Part shown: piece after piece, positions 1 to 12,161 of the stretch
How the letters are laid out: every line of letters begins with the position of its first letter
How positions within the stretch are numbered: the stretch's first letter is position 1
Source: Azolla caroliniana
Lineage: Eukaryota; Plantae; Polypodiophyta
NCBI GenBank assembly: GCA_043228905.1
Contig: JBHGNT010000001.1
Location: 27,156,001-27,220,000 of the forward strand
DNA length: 64,000 nt
Direction: 5' to 3'
Translations under genes and position numbers: made by a program
The notes under the pieces: generated by a model
The model's database searches: none
Seen by the model: the letters and a program-made list of their open reading frames with translations, nothing else
Told to the model about the DNA's origin: nothing

Positions 1-1015
1 CAATACTAGTTGATGGCTCTATGGCATGAGGGTTGGAGTCTATTGAAGGCCGGAGAAGTAATGAATATATCAGTACCTTTCTATCACCCAACATCATTGC
101 TTTATTTATCTTCTGCAAAACTTGCCAATTTTGAGCACAAGCATTGCAAAGGAAGATCCTTCTTATTCATGGAAAAATATTCACCAAAGTGTTTGAAGGA
201 GTTTTTTCAAACGGAGATAGGAAAAACAAGGAAGGATTCAACTAAATGAGGATGAGAAAAATGGTATGTTCACGGTTACTAGCAGATATTTTGCATAAAA
301 TGTACGCAGTTTCGAAAGTATTTGAGTACCAGAGTTTAGATCCACCAGGAAAAAGGTTTTGGGTTTCAGTACAACTGTCTCATAGCAAACAATGCAGAAG
401 ATATGGGCGAAAGGCACATATAGAAGAGCTTACTTTAGACTCAAAGCCAATGGCATGGGCTATACAATCTGATTGCAAAGACTCACTATTGGATATACGT
501 TAAGGTGATGAAATATCCTAGCCTGCCATGTGAGCATTGGGAATCGGTGATGATGAATGTGGAGATTGATGCTCTCGAATGCAACTTGAGGGTGTGCGAA
601 ATGTAATTATCTTTACCGAGAAAGATTGGACTATTTTTGTATATCGCCTCTGGCCACTTTAATTCTAATACCAACGGAGGATATCTTTACAAAAATAAAT
701 AAATAATAATATTGTGAAATGCACATAACAAAAGGGACACCACAATACATATGTATGCTCATTACAATTTATATTTATATGATATTGGCAATGAAGAAAA
801 ATCCAGTGGCATTTTCAGAAATAAAGAAAAGGCAGGGGCATTTTGGGGATTAAAGGAAATCTCGTGGGCGATTTGGGAAACTACATTAAACAATCCCTTT
901 CCATCTCTCTGATCTCCTCCGTTGTCTGTGAAGAAAAACCAAAGAACGATCGATTGATCGGTTCGATCCCATTCGGGGAGACGAGCTCCTGTTCTGCATC
1001 TCCTTTTACATCGCC

Positions 1016-4000
1016 ATGTCCTCTAGCGCAGGACAGACTCAGTTTAGATACGCTCAGCCTCCATCCAAGGTCCTTCATCTTCGCAACCTGCCCTGGGAGT
1101 GCAGCGAAGAAGAGCTCTTCGACCTCTGCAAACCTTTTGGCAAAATCGTCAACACGAAATGTAATGTCGGAAGCAACCGTAACCAGGCCTTTGTTGAATT
1201 CGTAAGTTCCTTAAATGTAACCAACCCTAGGTTTTTGTATTCTTGTGTTTCCACATGGTAAATTTTGTCTTAATTCTTTGGATTTTTCTAGATGTCTTGA
1301 ATACTTGGTTCTAGTTCATTTCCACCGCGAATTTGCAAAAAGATTTGTAACTGCCTCTAACCCTAATTTGTTTCCTTTTGTTGTTTTCTTGTGTTTCTGG
1401 AAAATAACCTGAATTATTTGATTTGCATGATAAATTTATCATAACGCTTTGGATTTTCTGCTAAAGTTTTATTTGCTTTTTCCTAAAAGAAAATATTTTG
1501 GAAAACCCTGACTGTTTTTACCTTAATTTAACTTGTGAAGGTGTAACGTTTTAATTTTCTTAGATTATTTCTACAAATCAAACCCAAGCTTCCTTTGGGG
1601 AATTTTTCCTTTACAAACTGCTCAGTCTCCTTTTCTTAGAGTAAGAAATATGAAAATATACTAGAAATTTTAGAGATATTTGTCTTTAGATTGATTGCAC
1701 AAATTTGATTTCAGAAATGTTTCTTTAATACTTGCGAGTGAGCTGGTTTTTGTTTTTATCCATGTGATTGTAGGGAAATTACAAGAAAATAGCACAGAAA
1801 TTTACAGGAATCTTGCAAGAAACTCATATATTTCTATAGGATTGTCAGATTATAATACGCCCAATTGTTTTTATGGAAATCATATGCACATATTTGGGTA
1901 AATTTTAGTGCATTCAAACATCATATCCTGATGACATGCTGTGCTTCTGCAATATAGATGCTTTTGAACTTTAGCTACACTTTCATCATCTATATACTAG
2001 CTTTCTTGGATGCCTTGTTCATTTAAATCTCCTACATTTTGAATATATGCAAATTTAGATTTATTATTATGTCCCAAGTCTGAGCACATTCAAATATTAT
2101 ATCGTTTTACCATGTTATGCTGTTCAACTTGAACACCTTTGGAAGTTAACCTCTTAAGAGACCTTTATCTCAGATGCTAAGTTATTTGGGGAGAGGTCCA
2201 CATTGAGTATATGATCTGAAAACTTTGTCCCAAATAAAAAAATATGGATCCATGCAAAATCCCCCCTTTCCACATGTGGTTAAACAAATATAATGAAAGC
2301 ACTGGGGTTTAAAATTTATACTATTGCCATCTGGACATTTCATATATTAAATGCAGGTAGATGTTTATGCGATATATAGCATGGTTACCTTCATTTTAGG
2401 TTGTCATTTGATACATTGTGGTATCTATGGGGATTTGAATGTTCTCGATCAATAAATGTACTTGTAATGATTGTTCATCGTTGAACTTAAAAATGGATTT
2501 GATTTTTCTATGTTTGTAGACGGATCTAAATCAAGCTATCTCCATGGTTTCCTATTATGCTTCCTCATCCGAGCCAGCTCAGATAAGGGGAAAGACAGTT
2601 TATTTACAGTACTCAAATAGACAAGAGATTGTGAATAACAAAAGTTCTGGGGATGTTGCCAGCAATGTCCTCTTGGTGACATTTGAGGGGGTGGAAGCTG
2701 GCGATGTTAGTATTGATGTTTTGCACTTGGTAGGTTTGAAATGAAAAATGTCTGAGCATGATTCATGCTTTTGGTTTTTAATTATTTAGTTTGCTGATTT
2801 GTAACACGCTAGCATATTACTATTGATCTACAGGTATTCTCAGCATTTGGTTTCGTCCATAAGATTGCAACATTTGAGAAGACTGCAGGATTTCAGGTTT
2901 GTGTTCTCATTTCTTTTATCGAAACTTGTAACTAAAATGGACTGCAATGATTTTCTTGCTAACATTGCATCGATCTATGTAAGGCTCTTGTTCAGTTTAG
3001 TGACGCTGATACTGCATCATCTGCAAGGTCAGCATTGGATGGCCGAAGTATCCCCAGGTAATGGATAAGATTAAAATTTGAGAATGGATTTAAAATTGAG
3101 GACACAATTTCAGCATTGACTCAACAGATACTTTCATCCATTAGAAAATATGTTGTAGGGGCTGTACTTTGGTTTGTATGACCCCAGATGCTTCCACCAT
3201 GTTTGTTTCCTCTTGAATGTATATTGAGTTTTCTTCCTTACATTTTAGGGGTGACTCTTGATCAACACCTCTATGGAACTGATGTGTTGGTTCTCTTTAC
3301 GAGGTAGCACTTACACTTGGAGACTGAGGATGCCTGTAGAGATCTCATAAAGTTTGGCCACTTACATTACACTTAAAAGCAAACGTTACACTTACATGGT
3401 TTAAGAGCTCATTATTGAAGGGGAAAATATCACACCTACATTTTGCTTGCATATTGCTTCATTTATGTGTATGCATGTCACTAATAATGTTGAAGTTGAT
3501 TATTGTTCAAACTTTTTAAGATGTCTAAATGGAGTATATGTTTCCTCTCAGGTATTTGCTTCCAGAACACGTTGGGACTTGCCACCTTCACATTTCATTT
3601 TCTGCTCACACAGATCTTACTGTCAAGTTTCAGAGCCATCGAAGCAGGTGTATACTTTGGTCTATTATTCTTGTACTAACGTTATATGTCTTCACTTTCC
3701 CTTGCATGTGTATTATATGAATATTTTCATATATACATGTGTAGCTCCTCTTGAAGCGTTCTGTGTAGATGGCTGCCTAAGTCCGTTTGAAGTAGTTATG
3801 TTTCCATGTTACAGGTTTAAAAAAGAACTGGATTTGGCTATTTCTCATGCTTGTGAATTTTAGTTACTCTATGGGAAAAAAATGGTACACTGCCTTCTGC
3901 TATAGAGGACTCGAGAATCTTCTTTCAACATTAAAGGATGAAATGTGTTCTCTCTATTTGTGATTTGTCTTTTCCTTAACCATATTTGTGTTTGTGTGTT

Positions 4001-6877
4001 TACTATTCAGGGATTACACAAACCCATACTTACCTGTGGCTCCTTCTGCTATTGATGGCTCAGGGCAGGTAAAGATAAACATCAATTTTCTTCTTGATTT
4101 TTTATCTTCATTTTGACTAAAGAGTTCCGTTTATTCTTGTGTGCAGTTTGGCATTGGAATAGATGGGAAAAAAGAGCCAGAAAGCAATGTGCTACTTGCA
4201 TCCATAGAGAACATGCAGTATGATGTTACCATTGAAGTTCTCCACACAGTATGTTAGCAACATGTATTTTTTTCATTTGTTTTCGCTGTGCTTTAATTGC
4301 ATTATGTGATAATATTAACATTGTGTGTGAACAAAATATGGAAATGCTTAATATGGAATCTCTATAAATAGCAGTTGTACATCAGCAATCAAACAAATCC
4401 CCCTTGGATCTTCATAGACCACATGAAACGATGGAAAACCCTGAAAGTATATAAAAGTATCAAATTTATCGTGGAAGTCAAATAGTTAATACATTCATTG
4501 ACAAGTTTAAGGGAAAATGCATAAATTTTCTAGGCTGTTGCTAGATGGTGAAGATAGCCATTATCGTCTACTCTAAAGTTTAATAGATGGCTAAGATGTC
4601 TTCATATTTCTGACCATTATGATCGGTATAATGTTCTGTGGGACTGATTCAAATCAAAATGGTTAGCATCAATAATATTAAAAGGTGCTGGAGAAAAGTG
4701 GCATTAAATAGGAGAAAGTGACTCTCTGCATGGTCAAAGAGAGTTGAGTCCTTCTATGAAGTATATATTAAGAATTGCTGATAAATTTGCAGTCACAATT
4801 GTATGTATTTGAAAGCTCTTGTTAAGATAACACAATATACTCATTCGATTTATGTGATATACTCATAAGCTCATATAGTCACTTAGATTTTCTCAGTTCT
4901 ATATGATATTGTCAACAAAACGTGCTTATGTCTGTTGACACTGTGACAGAACAATTCTTAGGTTTGTGTATCATAAGGTCATATGTATATATATGAAGGG
5001 TCCATTTAGGATCGCTATTAATGTGACAAACTAATTGTTTGGATCTGCATTTTCAGATATTCTCAGCATTTGGTACTGTTCAAAAGATAGCAATGTTCGA
5101 GAAAAATGCTGGACTGCAGGCATTGATTCAATTCCCAGGTAATCTGATGCCATTCTTTGTGCCTGTCCAAAAGGTCCAAAGGCACTATATGGTTGAATTG
5201 TTTTCCATTTTCTTTTCATTTTTTATTTTGTTGTTAAATGTTCATGTAGTCAGTTAAATCCTGGGTTCATTTGTTTCTTTTTTCTCCTATTCCAAAGGTC
5301 AAAATCATAAAGCAAACGAGTTATTAGCTAAGTAATCAGTTCAATCCACTGTTGATATGTTTTCTCTTTCTCCTACGCTAAAGGGCAAAAACCATTAGGC
5401 AGATGCGTTATTATCCAAGTAATCAGTAGACACCTCTATTGATATGTTTCTTCTTTCTCCTACTGAAGGACTTTTCTCATTTATATCCATGTAATGAGCT
5501 CAATATTGATTGATTTATTTCTTCTTTCTCCTACCTCAAATGGCTTTTCTTGTTTAATCTCCATGTAATCAGTTCAAGAGTTTCTATTTTTGTCTTGCAT
5601 TTTTTCCTTCAATATCCATCAAAATGGTTTTGATCATTTATTGACTGTTCCTTTTTACTCCTAACCAAAGCACAAAGTCACTAGGTGCTTTTGGAGTTTT
5701 TTTTGCTATTGAAAAATAGGAAATGCTATTTTCCCTTTGGTTTTTTTGTTTATTATCCATGAAATTATTTCATTTGTTTATTTTGATTTGTTCCTTTCTC
5801 AAACCCGAAGGCAAACAAAGCAATTAGGCAGTTGAGTTATTTTCTCAGTAAAAAACACAAATTTGAATTTTCGTCTCTTTTAGAATTCAGTAAATGATGT
5901 CAATCACATGGGATAGTTTCTATCATTTACAGACTTATTCCCTTAATCTCCTCCTCTCCCATGCTTGAAGTTTATTAAATTTCTCTCACCTCCCTCGTAT
6001 TAATCCTTAGGCATGTGAAACATTTTCAAGCACTAATTTTACTGTTTGAATTTGTCTTCATCAGACGTCCAAATTGCAGTAGCAGCGAAAGAAGCATTGG
6101 AAGGTCACTGCATATATGAGGGTGGTTTTTGTAAGCTTCATCTTTCATACTCTCGCCATACTGATCTCAGTGTGAAGGTATTATTATAAGTGTGTTTAGG
6201 CGGTGGTGGTGTGCTAAACAAAGCCGTAGATACATAAGCTTGTCTGTAAATTCTCTTCTTTATTGTTTTTATTGTTTGGACAGGCTAATAATGATCGAAG
6301 CCGAGACTATATGAATCCTAATCCAGGTCTTCTTCTTCCCAATCAGCAGCCGTCTATACTTGGCTCTCAGATACCTGTAACATCACCTATTATAACAAGT
6401 GCTTCAGGTTTACTACCTTCAAGTGGAGTATTGTTACCGCCCCCACCGCAACAGCAAAGGTGGGAAGGAGTGCCCAGTTTAACACCGAGTGGATCGTCAC
6501 CTTATCCTTATAGACCTTCATCAACATCACAAGGTTCTCAAGGAGGGGTTTTACTTCATCAAGGAGGTCCATCTCAGTATACAACACCAGGGCAAGGGAT
6601 GACACATCCTAATAATACTAATAATAATGCTGTTACTATTAATCAAGGTGGAATTCCTAGTCAAAGCAACTCTTTGTATTCTCCTACAGGGCCACCACCA
6701 CCACCTCCTCCACATAATCTTCAAGGTGGATATAGAGGAGGTCCTACTATACCATATGGACAGCCACAACCATACCAACAATATCAACCATCACACCTAC
6801 CAGGACATGGGTCTATGCCACCACCTAATAATAACATTAATAATAGTAGGAATGGATCCCCAGCCTTCTACATGTAA
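1016..6877 (+). CDS. PTB1: Polypyrimidine tract-binding protein, plant PTB1/PTB2 type (3 RRMs plus low-complexity C-terminus), 10 coding exons, 525 aa
   Basis: Exons assembled by hand with GT-AG boundaries and consistent phase: 1016-1201, 2520-2729, 2834-2896, 2984-3057, 3552-3647, 4011-4068, 4147-4248, 5057-5138, 6065-6177, 6284-6877 (1578 nt). The translation (MSSSAGQTQFRYAQPPSKVLHLRNLPWEC...QAFVEF|TDLNQAISMVSYYASSSEPAQIRGK...VFSAFGFVHKIATFEK...FQSHRSRDYTNPYLPV...EALEGHCIYEGGFCKLHLSYSRHTDL) follows Arabidopsis PTB1/PTB2 closely. PTB1 versus PTB2 orthology is not resolved. Confidence 0.96.
5275..5850 (+). repeat. Degenerate ~70-87 bp tandem repeat array in PTB intron 8
   Basis: TTTCTCCTA recurs at 5281, 5367, 5454 and 5525, with weaker copies near 5654 and 5795. 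Each is followed by related AAGG..AAA..(G/A)TTATT..GTAATCAGT sequence. Confidence 0.75.
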
Positions 6878-7422
6878 TCAACATTTATATTCTTTTACAT
6901 GTCCTGAAGGCTTTGTCTCCAAAATATTATATCATTAAGGGGAAAAAATCCTGAGCATTTAGCCTTCTTCTATTTCTTTGGAGAGAGATGCCGTCGCTTT
7001 TGATTTGTTACTCGTGTCAGATTTTGTAGGTTTTTCTGTGGACATATTGCACACTTTTACATTCTTTGTATGCTGAAGGTTTTCTTTTTTGAAATCTCGC
7101 TTGGCAAAATGGAAAACAAAATGCTACATTGGAAATACAATTCAATTTGTCTTACAGCTGCCACGGTCTTGATAGTGAAGGATACCCTACCATTTCTCCA
7201 ACCGTTACTAGTACTAAGATGGATATTTCTTTATGAGAATAATAAAACACTGGTTAGGCTACCATGGACAATTCTGCAGTTACAAAAATTAGATTGTTTT
7301 TCAATTTGTAGGCAAAATATCTACTGCTTTTGTAGATTGTTTAAACAGTGGCTCAAAACACCTTAGTCTGATTGAACTCCCTTTTGAAAACTAGATGAGT
7401 CTACTGACCTTGGTTAAACCCT

Positions 7423-7596
7423 TAACATACCTTCGCTTCTAAAGGCATAGATATTTATGTTCATTAAAATTCTTATCTTCTTTGATTTGTTGCACTGAAT
7501 TTTAAATATATTATTAACATTCCTCCACTTCTAAAGGCATATATATTTATATTCATTGAAGTCCTTCTCTTCTTTGGTTTGCCGCACTGAATTTTG
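7423..7596. repeat. Two-copy ~92 bp imperfect tandem duplication downstream of PTB
   Basis: TAACAT..CTTCTAAAGGCATA.ATATTTAT.TTCATT.AA...GCACTGAATTTT occurs at ~7423 and ~7515. Confidence 0.85.
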
Positions 7597-8093
7597 AGTA
7601 ATGCTGGGCGTTTTTTTTATGCATGGTTAGCACAAAATCTTTCACTTGATAACTGACATGCAACATGAGTAAACCATATAGTTCAGAAGTTCAATATTGC
7701 ATTAGATAAAATTCGTTCATATTGAAGAGTAAATCCAAATTTAATGTGAATTCTCTACTAAGTAACCTTATTTGCAATAAAATCGACATCATATGAACTA
7801 TGAAGTACAAATACTAAGCATGTATTTTGGCAAGAGAAAGGTAGGTTTAGGTTGTGAAAGATATAACCAAGGATATCTTGGGGTGTTTATAATGGGAATG
7901 GAATGAGGTTGGTCCTCGATAAATGGTGTATCACAAGGAGATAATGAAGCATATATTGGGGTTTATTATAGGGATGTAAAGTTTAGTTCTCTTTGATCAA
8001 TGTTGTACATGTAGACATTATCTTTTTCTTTTCATTTTTATCATAAAGAGCTTAACCATCTATTAAGCTTTTAAGCTATTCACCCAAGGGATA

Positions 8094-8098
<5 letters not shown>

Positions 8099-8167
<69 letters not shown>
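8099..8167. repeat. Compound (CT)n(CA)n microsatellite
   Basis: Directly visible. Confidence 0.95.
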
Positions 8168-8169
<2 letters not shown>

Positions 8170-8795
8170 CCATTCTTTACAATTGAAGATATGCATAGGA
8201 CTTAAGAAATTGGTATCTTGAAAAGCAAACAATCTTCAATGTATAAAGGCTGAAACGCTTAAATGGATGGGCACGGAAGCACGTGCATGGATAAGTGATA
8301 TATTTAATCATGCATTGCAAAATGATATGCCATATGATTGGACTACAAATTGGATCAAACCTTGACATAATACAAGGCCATAAGAATCAAGTTAACTTAA
8401 TTCTCAACCTTAAAGGTTTCTCCAAAATTTCCACATGCATTTGCTTTACCTTGGTGTCAAGAGATTGTTAATTAACTTCCCATATTCTTCTCTTTCTTGC
8501 TCTTTTTTATGAGATACTTTTGATTGTTTTCTTAATTCTTGGGTACAACTAAATTCATTAAGTACTATCAAGTGTCATGACATTTCATACCAAACCATTC
8601 TCCCTTAAGCGACATTTATAGGTACAATGCAAGGCTTATGCTTGATAGGAAAGCATTTGTTTATATATAAGAAAATGAATTTCTTGGAATCATTCCATTT
8701 GCATTGTAGTGTTGTACCAATTTGAAACATTGTCTTTTATGACATACCCTCAACAATTTTGGCATATAGATATGTTTTTTTAAAGTCTACACATA

Positions 8796-8920
8796 TATGG
8801 TTTAACTTCATATACTTGAATCCTTCCACAAATGTGGGAATATTATGCACATATATGGTTATCTTGTACTATGGTTTAACTTCATATACTTGAATCCTTC
8901 CACAAATGTGGGAATATTAT
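8796..8920. repeat. Perfect 51-bp direct repeat, 74-bp period
   Basis: TATGGTTTAACTTCATATACTTGAATCCTTCCACAAATGTGGGAATATTAT at 8796 and 8870. Confidence 0.9.
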
Positions 8921-9190
8921 TCAAGACTGCTATTTTAAGCCATATGGAATATTAACGTTTACATGTTTACAAATAGAGACAATCTTCAATTTCCCTCTTA
9001 ATCGAGCATGTCATCCTCCCTTGTTTTCTTCATTATCTTGGATTTTTTGCCTATATTAAGGAACGTACATTTTATTTGTTCAAATCTTGAATCCTTTGGG
9101 TATCATGCTAACAAGAACTATTATAATGAATCCATTGGTTAACTCATCTCTGCCAACACCATGGTCCATCAAAATTCCAAAAATATATTT

Positions 9191-9192
<2 letters not shown>

Positions 9193-9236
<44 letters not shown>
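9193..9236. repeat. (AG)n microsatellite abutting the 3' end of the RTE element
   Basis: Directly visible. Confidence 0.95.
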
Positions 9237-9239
<3 letters not shown>

Positions 9240-10330
9240 CTATTATCGTCTTCGAAGGTCAAATATGACCTATGACACCAAAATATTATATTTCGCGTGA
9301 TATATATGTGAAAGTGAGTAGTGACTCTCGATGTTCAAGACCTTTACCAATGAATGTTCCAATTGAGAGTGCACATTGTGTTGTGAGAGAAATTTGTGCA
9401 AGGATTGGGCTTAGTCGAAGATGTGTGTAAAGCATGGTTGAATATGATCTAAGGCAAAGCATTGTATCAAAGTGTGCATACTCAGCCACTCTCATCACTT
9501 GTGCCCCAATACCTCGTCTTACATCACAATGCATGTGAGCTAAGTTGTATGGAAACAATGGTTCGAATGGCAGACAACAGGATGGGCTCTAACATGTATC
9601 AATGTGTACGGTTTCCTAGTTCCATGAAGAATATGACTTTATAGTTAGGTGCAAAATGTGTAGTACAATGTGAAGTGCGAGCCTCCATATTTGTCCCATG
9701 TCATGATACATTGGCATTGTAAAAAGGCCTCATTTACAAAGGAATCTAATGATGCATCATGAAGCAAGTGTATTACATGGCGTCTACCAAACCAATTTTT
9801 TATATCTTGCATCCAATCGGAGCACAAGTTTTTGCTTTTATCCATCTTTTAGATATTTTTGCTTGCTTCCCATGCAATTCTAGAAAGTTAATGTGAGGGA
9901 CCTTTAGAACCTTAGCCATGTATTTAGCAACCTTTTCCATGGCCATGATCTCAATGGGAAGTGATCTTGTCTCGAGGAGGGTGCATGGCATTTGTTTCTT
10001 AACTTGTAGAAACTTTGTAAGAAAATGTTTTTGGACATTTTCAAACTCTTTCTAACTTGATTTAAGGATGCTACCATCCCATACTTCCACCCCATAAAGA
10101 AGCGTCGGTGTCACCAAAGTGTCGAAAAGGTATTTCTTGAGGACCCAACACTTAATATCTCCATGATTGCATGTGTTCTCAAATGCATAATATGCTTTCT
10201 TTCCTGCCTCAAAGCGGTGTGTAGCACATTCATTCAATCTATGATTTGAAGGAACTTCAAGACCAACATATTTGAAGCTTTCCACACAATCAAGTGACTC
10301 ATTATTGTATATAATGCATGGTTTATATTT

Positions 10331-12060
10331 ATTTATTTATTTATTTAAGTCAAGATTCATTGTGGTATTAATGAAAAGATGCCCAAAGGCTACAAAGAAT
10401 CCATACAATAAATTACAACCCTCCTACCCACATGAATCAACATGTCTAGTAGCGGAAACCCCCATGCATGGTCCTTTCAAGACAGGGGGCGGAAAAAGCC
10501 ATTTTGGTGGAGTATATCTCCATTTTATTCTGTCCCCAAAATAGGTGAAGACCTTTGCCTTTTTCCAAATTTCTCGAAATTGTTGTTGCTTGCGAAACAC
10601 AACATCAGGCTCACCATGTATTGCCTCATATTGACCTCTTAGAGTATGCAGGAGCATCAACCATATCTCCTTGACTAACTCAACTGCATTCGGTTTGACA
10701 TTCTGAAATACACACTTACATCTTGCCTTCCATAATATCCAAACTACAAAAGAAGATATTGTAGACCAAACCTTGTCTTCTTCTAAACAATGGATTGGTG
10801 TAGGATAAGAGGCCTCCAATACATGTCTTCCATCAGAGAGGAGTTGAAAATCAACACAATCCCTTTCATAATTTTGTATTTCTTTAGCCAACCTTCCCCA
10901 TCTCACAAAACCTCATGTGTACACTTGTTTACGATAAATAGGATACAAAATTCTCAACATTCTTTTCCATACTGCTCTAACTATAGGGCATACCCATAAA
11001 ACATAGTGCACCGTTTCACTAAGAAAACCACAATTGTCACATTTTAAATCATGGCAATGCCCCTTCATCCATGACTTCACAAGGCTGCCATAATGTACCA
11101 ACAACCATGTAAACAAGACAACTTTTCTAGGAATTTGCGTGGCCCCTAGCCATTTCCAATAAGCATTCAACCAAGAGTGTCGTACATTACCCGAGCTCCA
11201 AAATTTACATGATGTTGGTGTAACAACCACACGCCTCCTTAGCAATTCTCTACCCATTTTTACCGAGTACTGAAAAAATGGGATTTGCTTGCCTAGCATT
11301 CCTTGTGTTGATATGCTTTGCCATTTCCATTCATTGGGATCCCACAAAAGTTTGTCAATGGTCTTATTCTTGTAAACCCACAATTCAGATAAATTGTTTA
11401 TATCATTTGGGTGTGGATTTAACATCCATTTTTTTATCGTTTTTCCAGAACATACAAACAACCAACATACTCCCTTGAGATACAACTTTGTCTTCCATAA
11501 CGATAGAATGAACACAAAACATCGAAATAAAGTCAGTCACGAGAGGTTTTATAATCCATGACCCCCAACAAGACATGTAAAGATGAAAACATACCATACC
11601 AAAATAGACCACTTTGAGAAGGCTTAAAGGAATACATCTTAAACACTCTATCGATTTCTGCATACATAATGTTTCCACCCCAAATTGTGCAACAGACCTA
11701 GGTTTTGTTTTTTATTGTCGAAGAAGAAAATTACATCCAATTCCTTATCGATCCAGCTTCTCCTCTATCAAAATCAGCCCATTTCAACCTAGTTCTTTTC
11801 CCTAACATTCCCCCCTCCTCTGATAGAAACAATGGGTTGATTATGAGGGGTTGGCGCAACCATTCCTCCATACATGATGGTAGAGATTGGACCAAGTTAT
11901 CTTTCAAATCCCACCATGCCTTCATGATACCCTTAAAAAACTTATCCTGGCGAAAAATATAAAGGGAATGATTAAAATCTCTTAAAAACCACCATCTAAT
12001 ACTATCTTGCCAATTGCCACATGTAGAAGGCATAACCTTAACCATTTTGTGCCTTAAAAT
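10331..12060 (-). mobile_element. 5'-truncated L1/Tx1-type LINE (zf-RVT region and C-terminus) inserted in the RTE
   Basis: zf-RVT-like motif PRKVVLFTWLLVHY..CDNCG..ETVHYVLWVCP and WILWKARCKCVF. (TAAA)n tail at 10331-10347. 16-bp TSD TGCATGGT(T/C)TATATTT at 10315-10330 and 12061-12076 (15/16 identical). Confidence 0.88.
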
Positions 12061-12161
12061 TGCATGGTCTATATTTTTTGGGGCTCTTCCCAAGTATAAT
12101 CTTTGTTTTAGAGTTCTTTACACTTAATTTAGTATGCGTGCAAAATTTTCCGAATGCCTTC

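Noticed and set aside
10-674. Short ORFs at the window start
   Set aside because: No recognisable domain and no frame stays open. Could be a leader or relic of a gene outside the window, but this is unsupported.
843-1205. 120-aa ORF overlapping PTB exon 1
   Set aside because: Starts at a non-ATG codon and is an alternate frame of the real exon.
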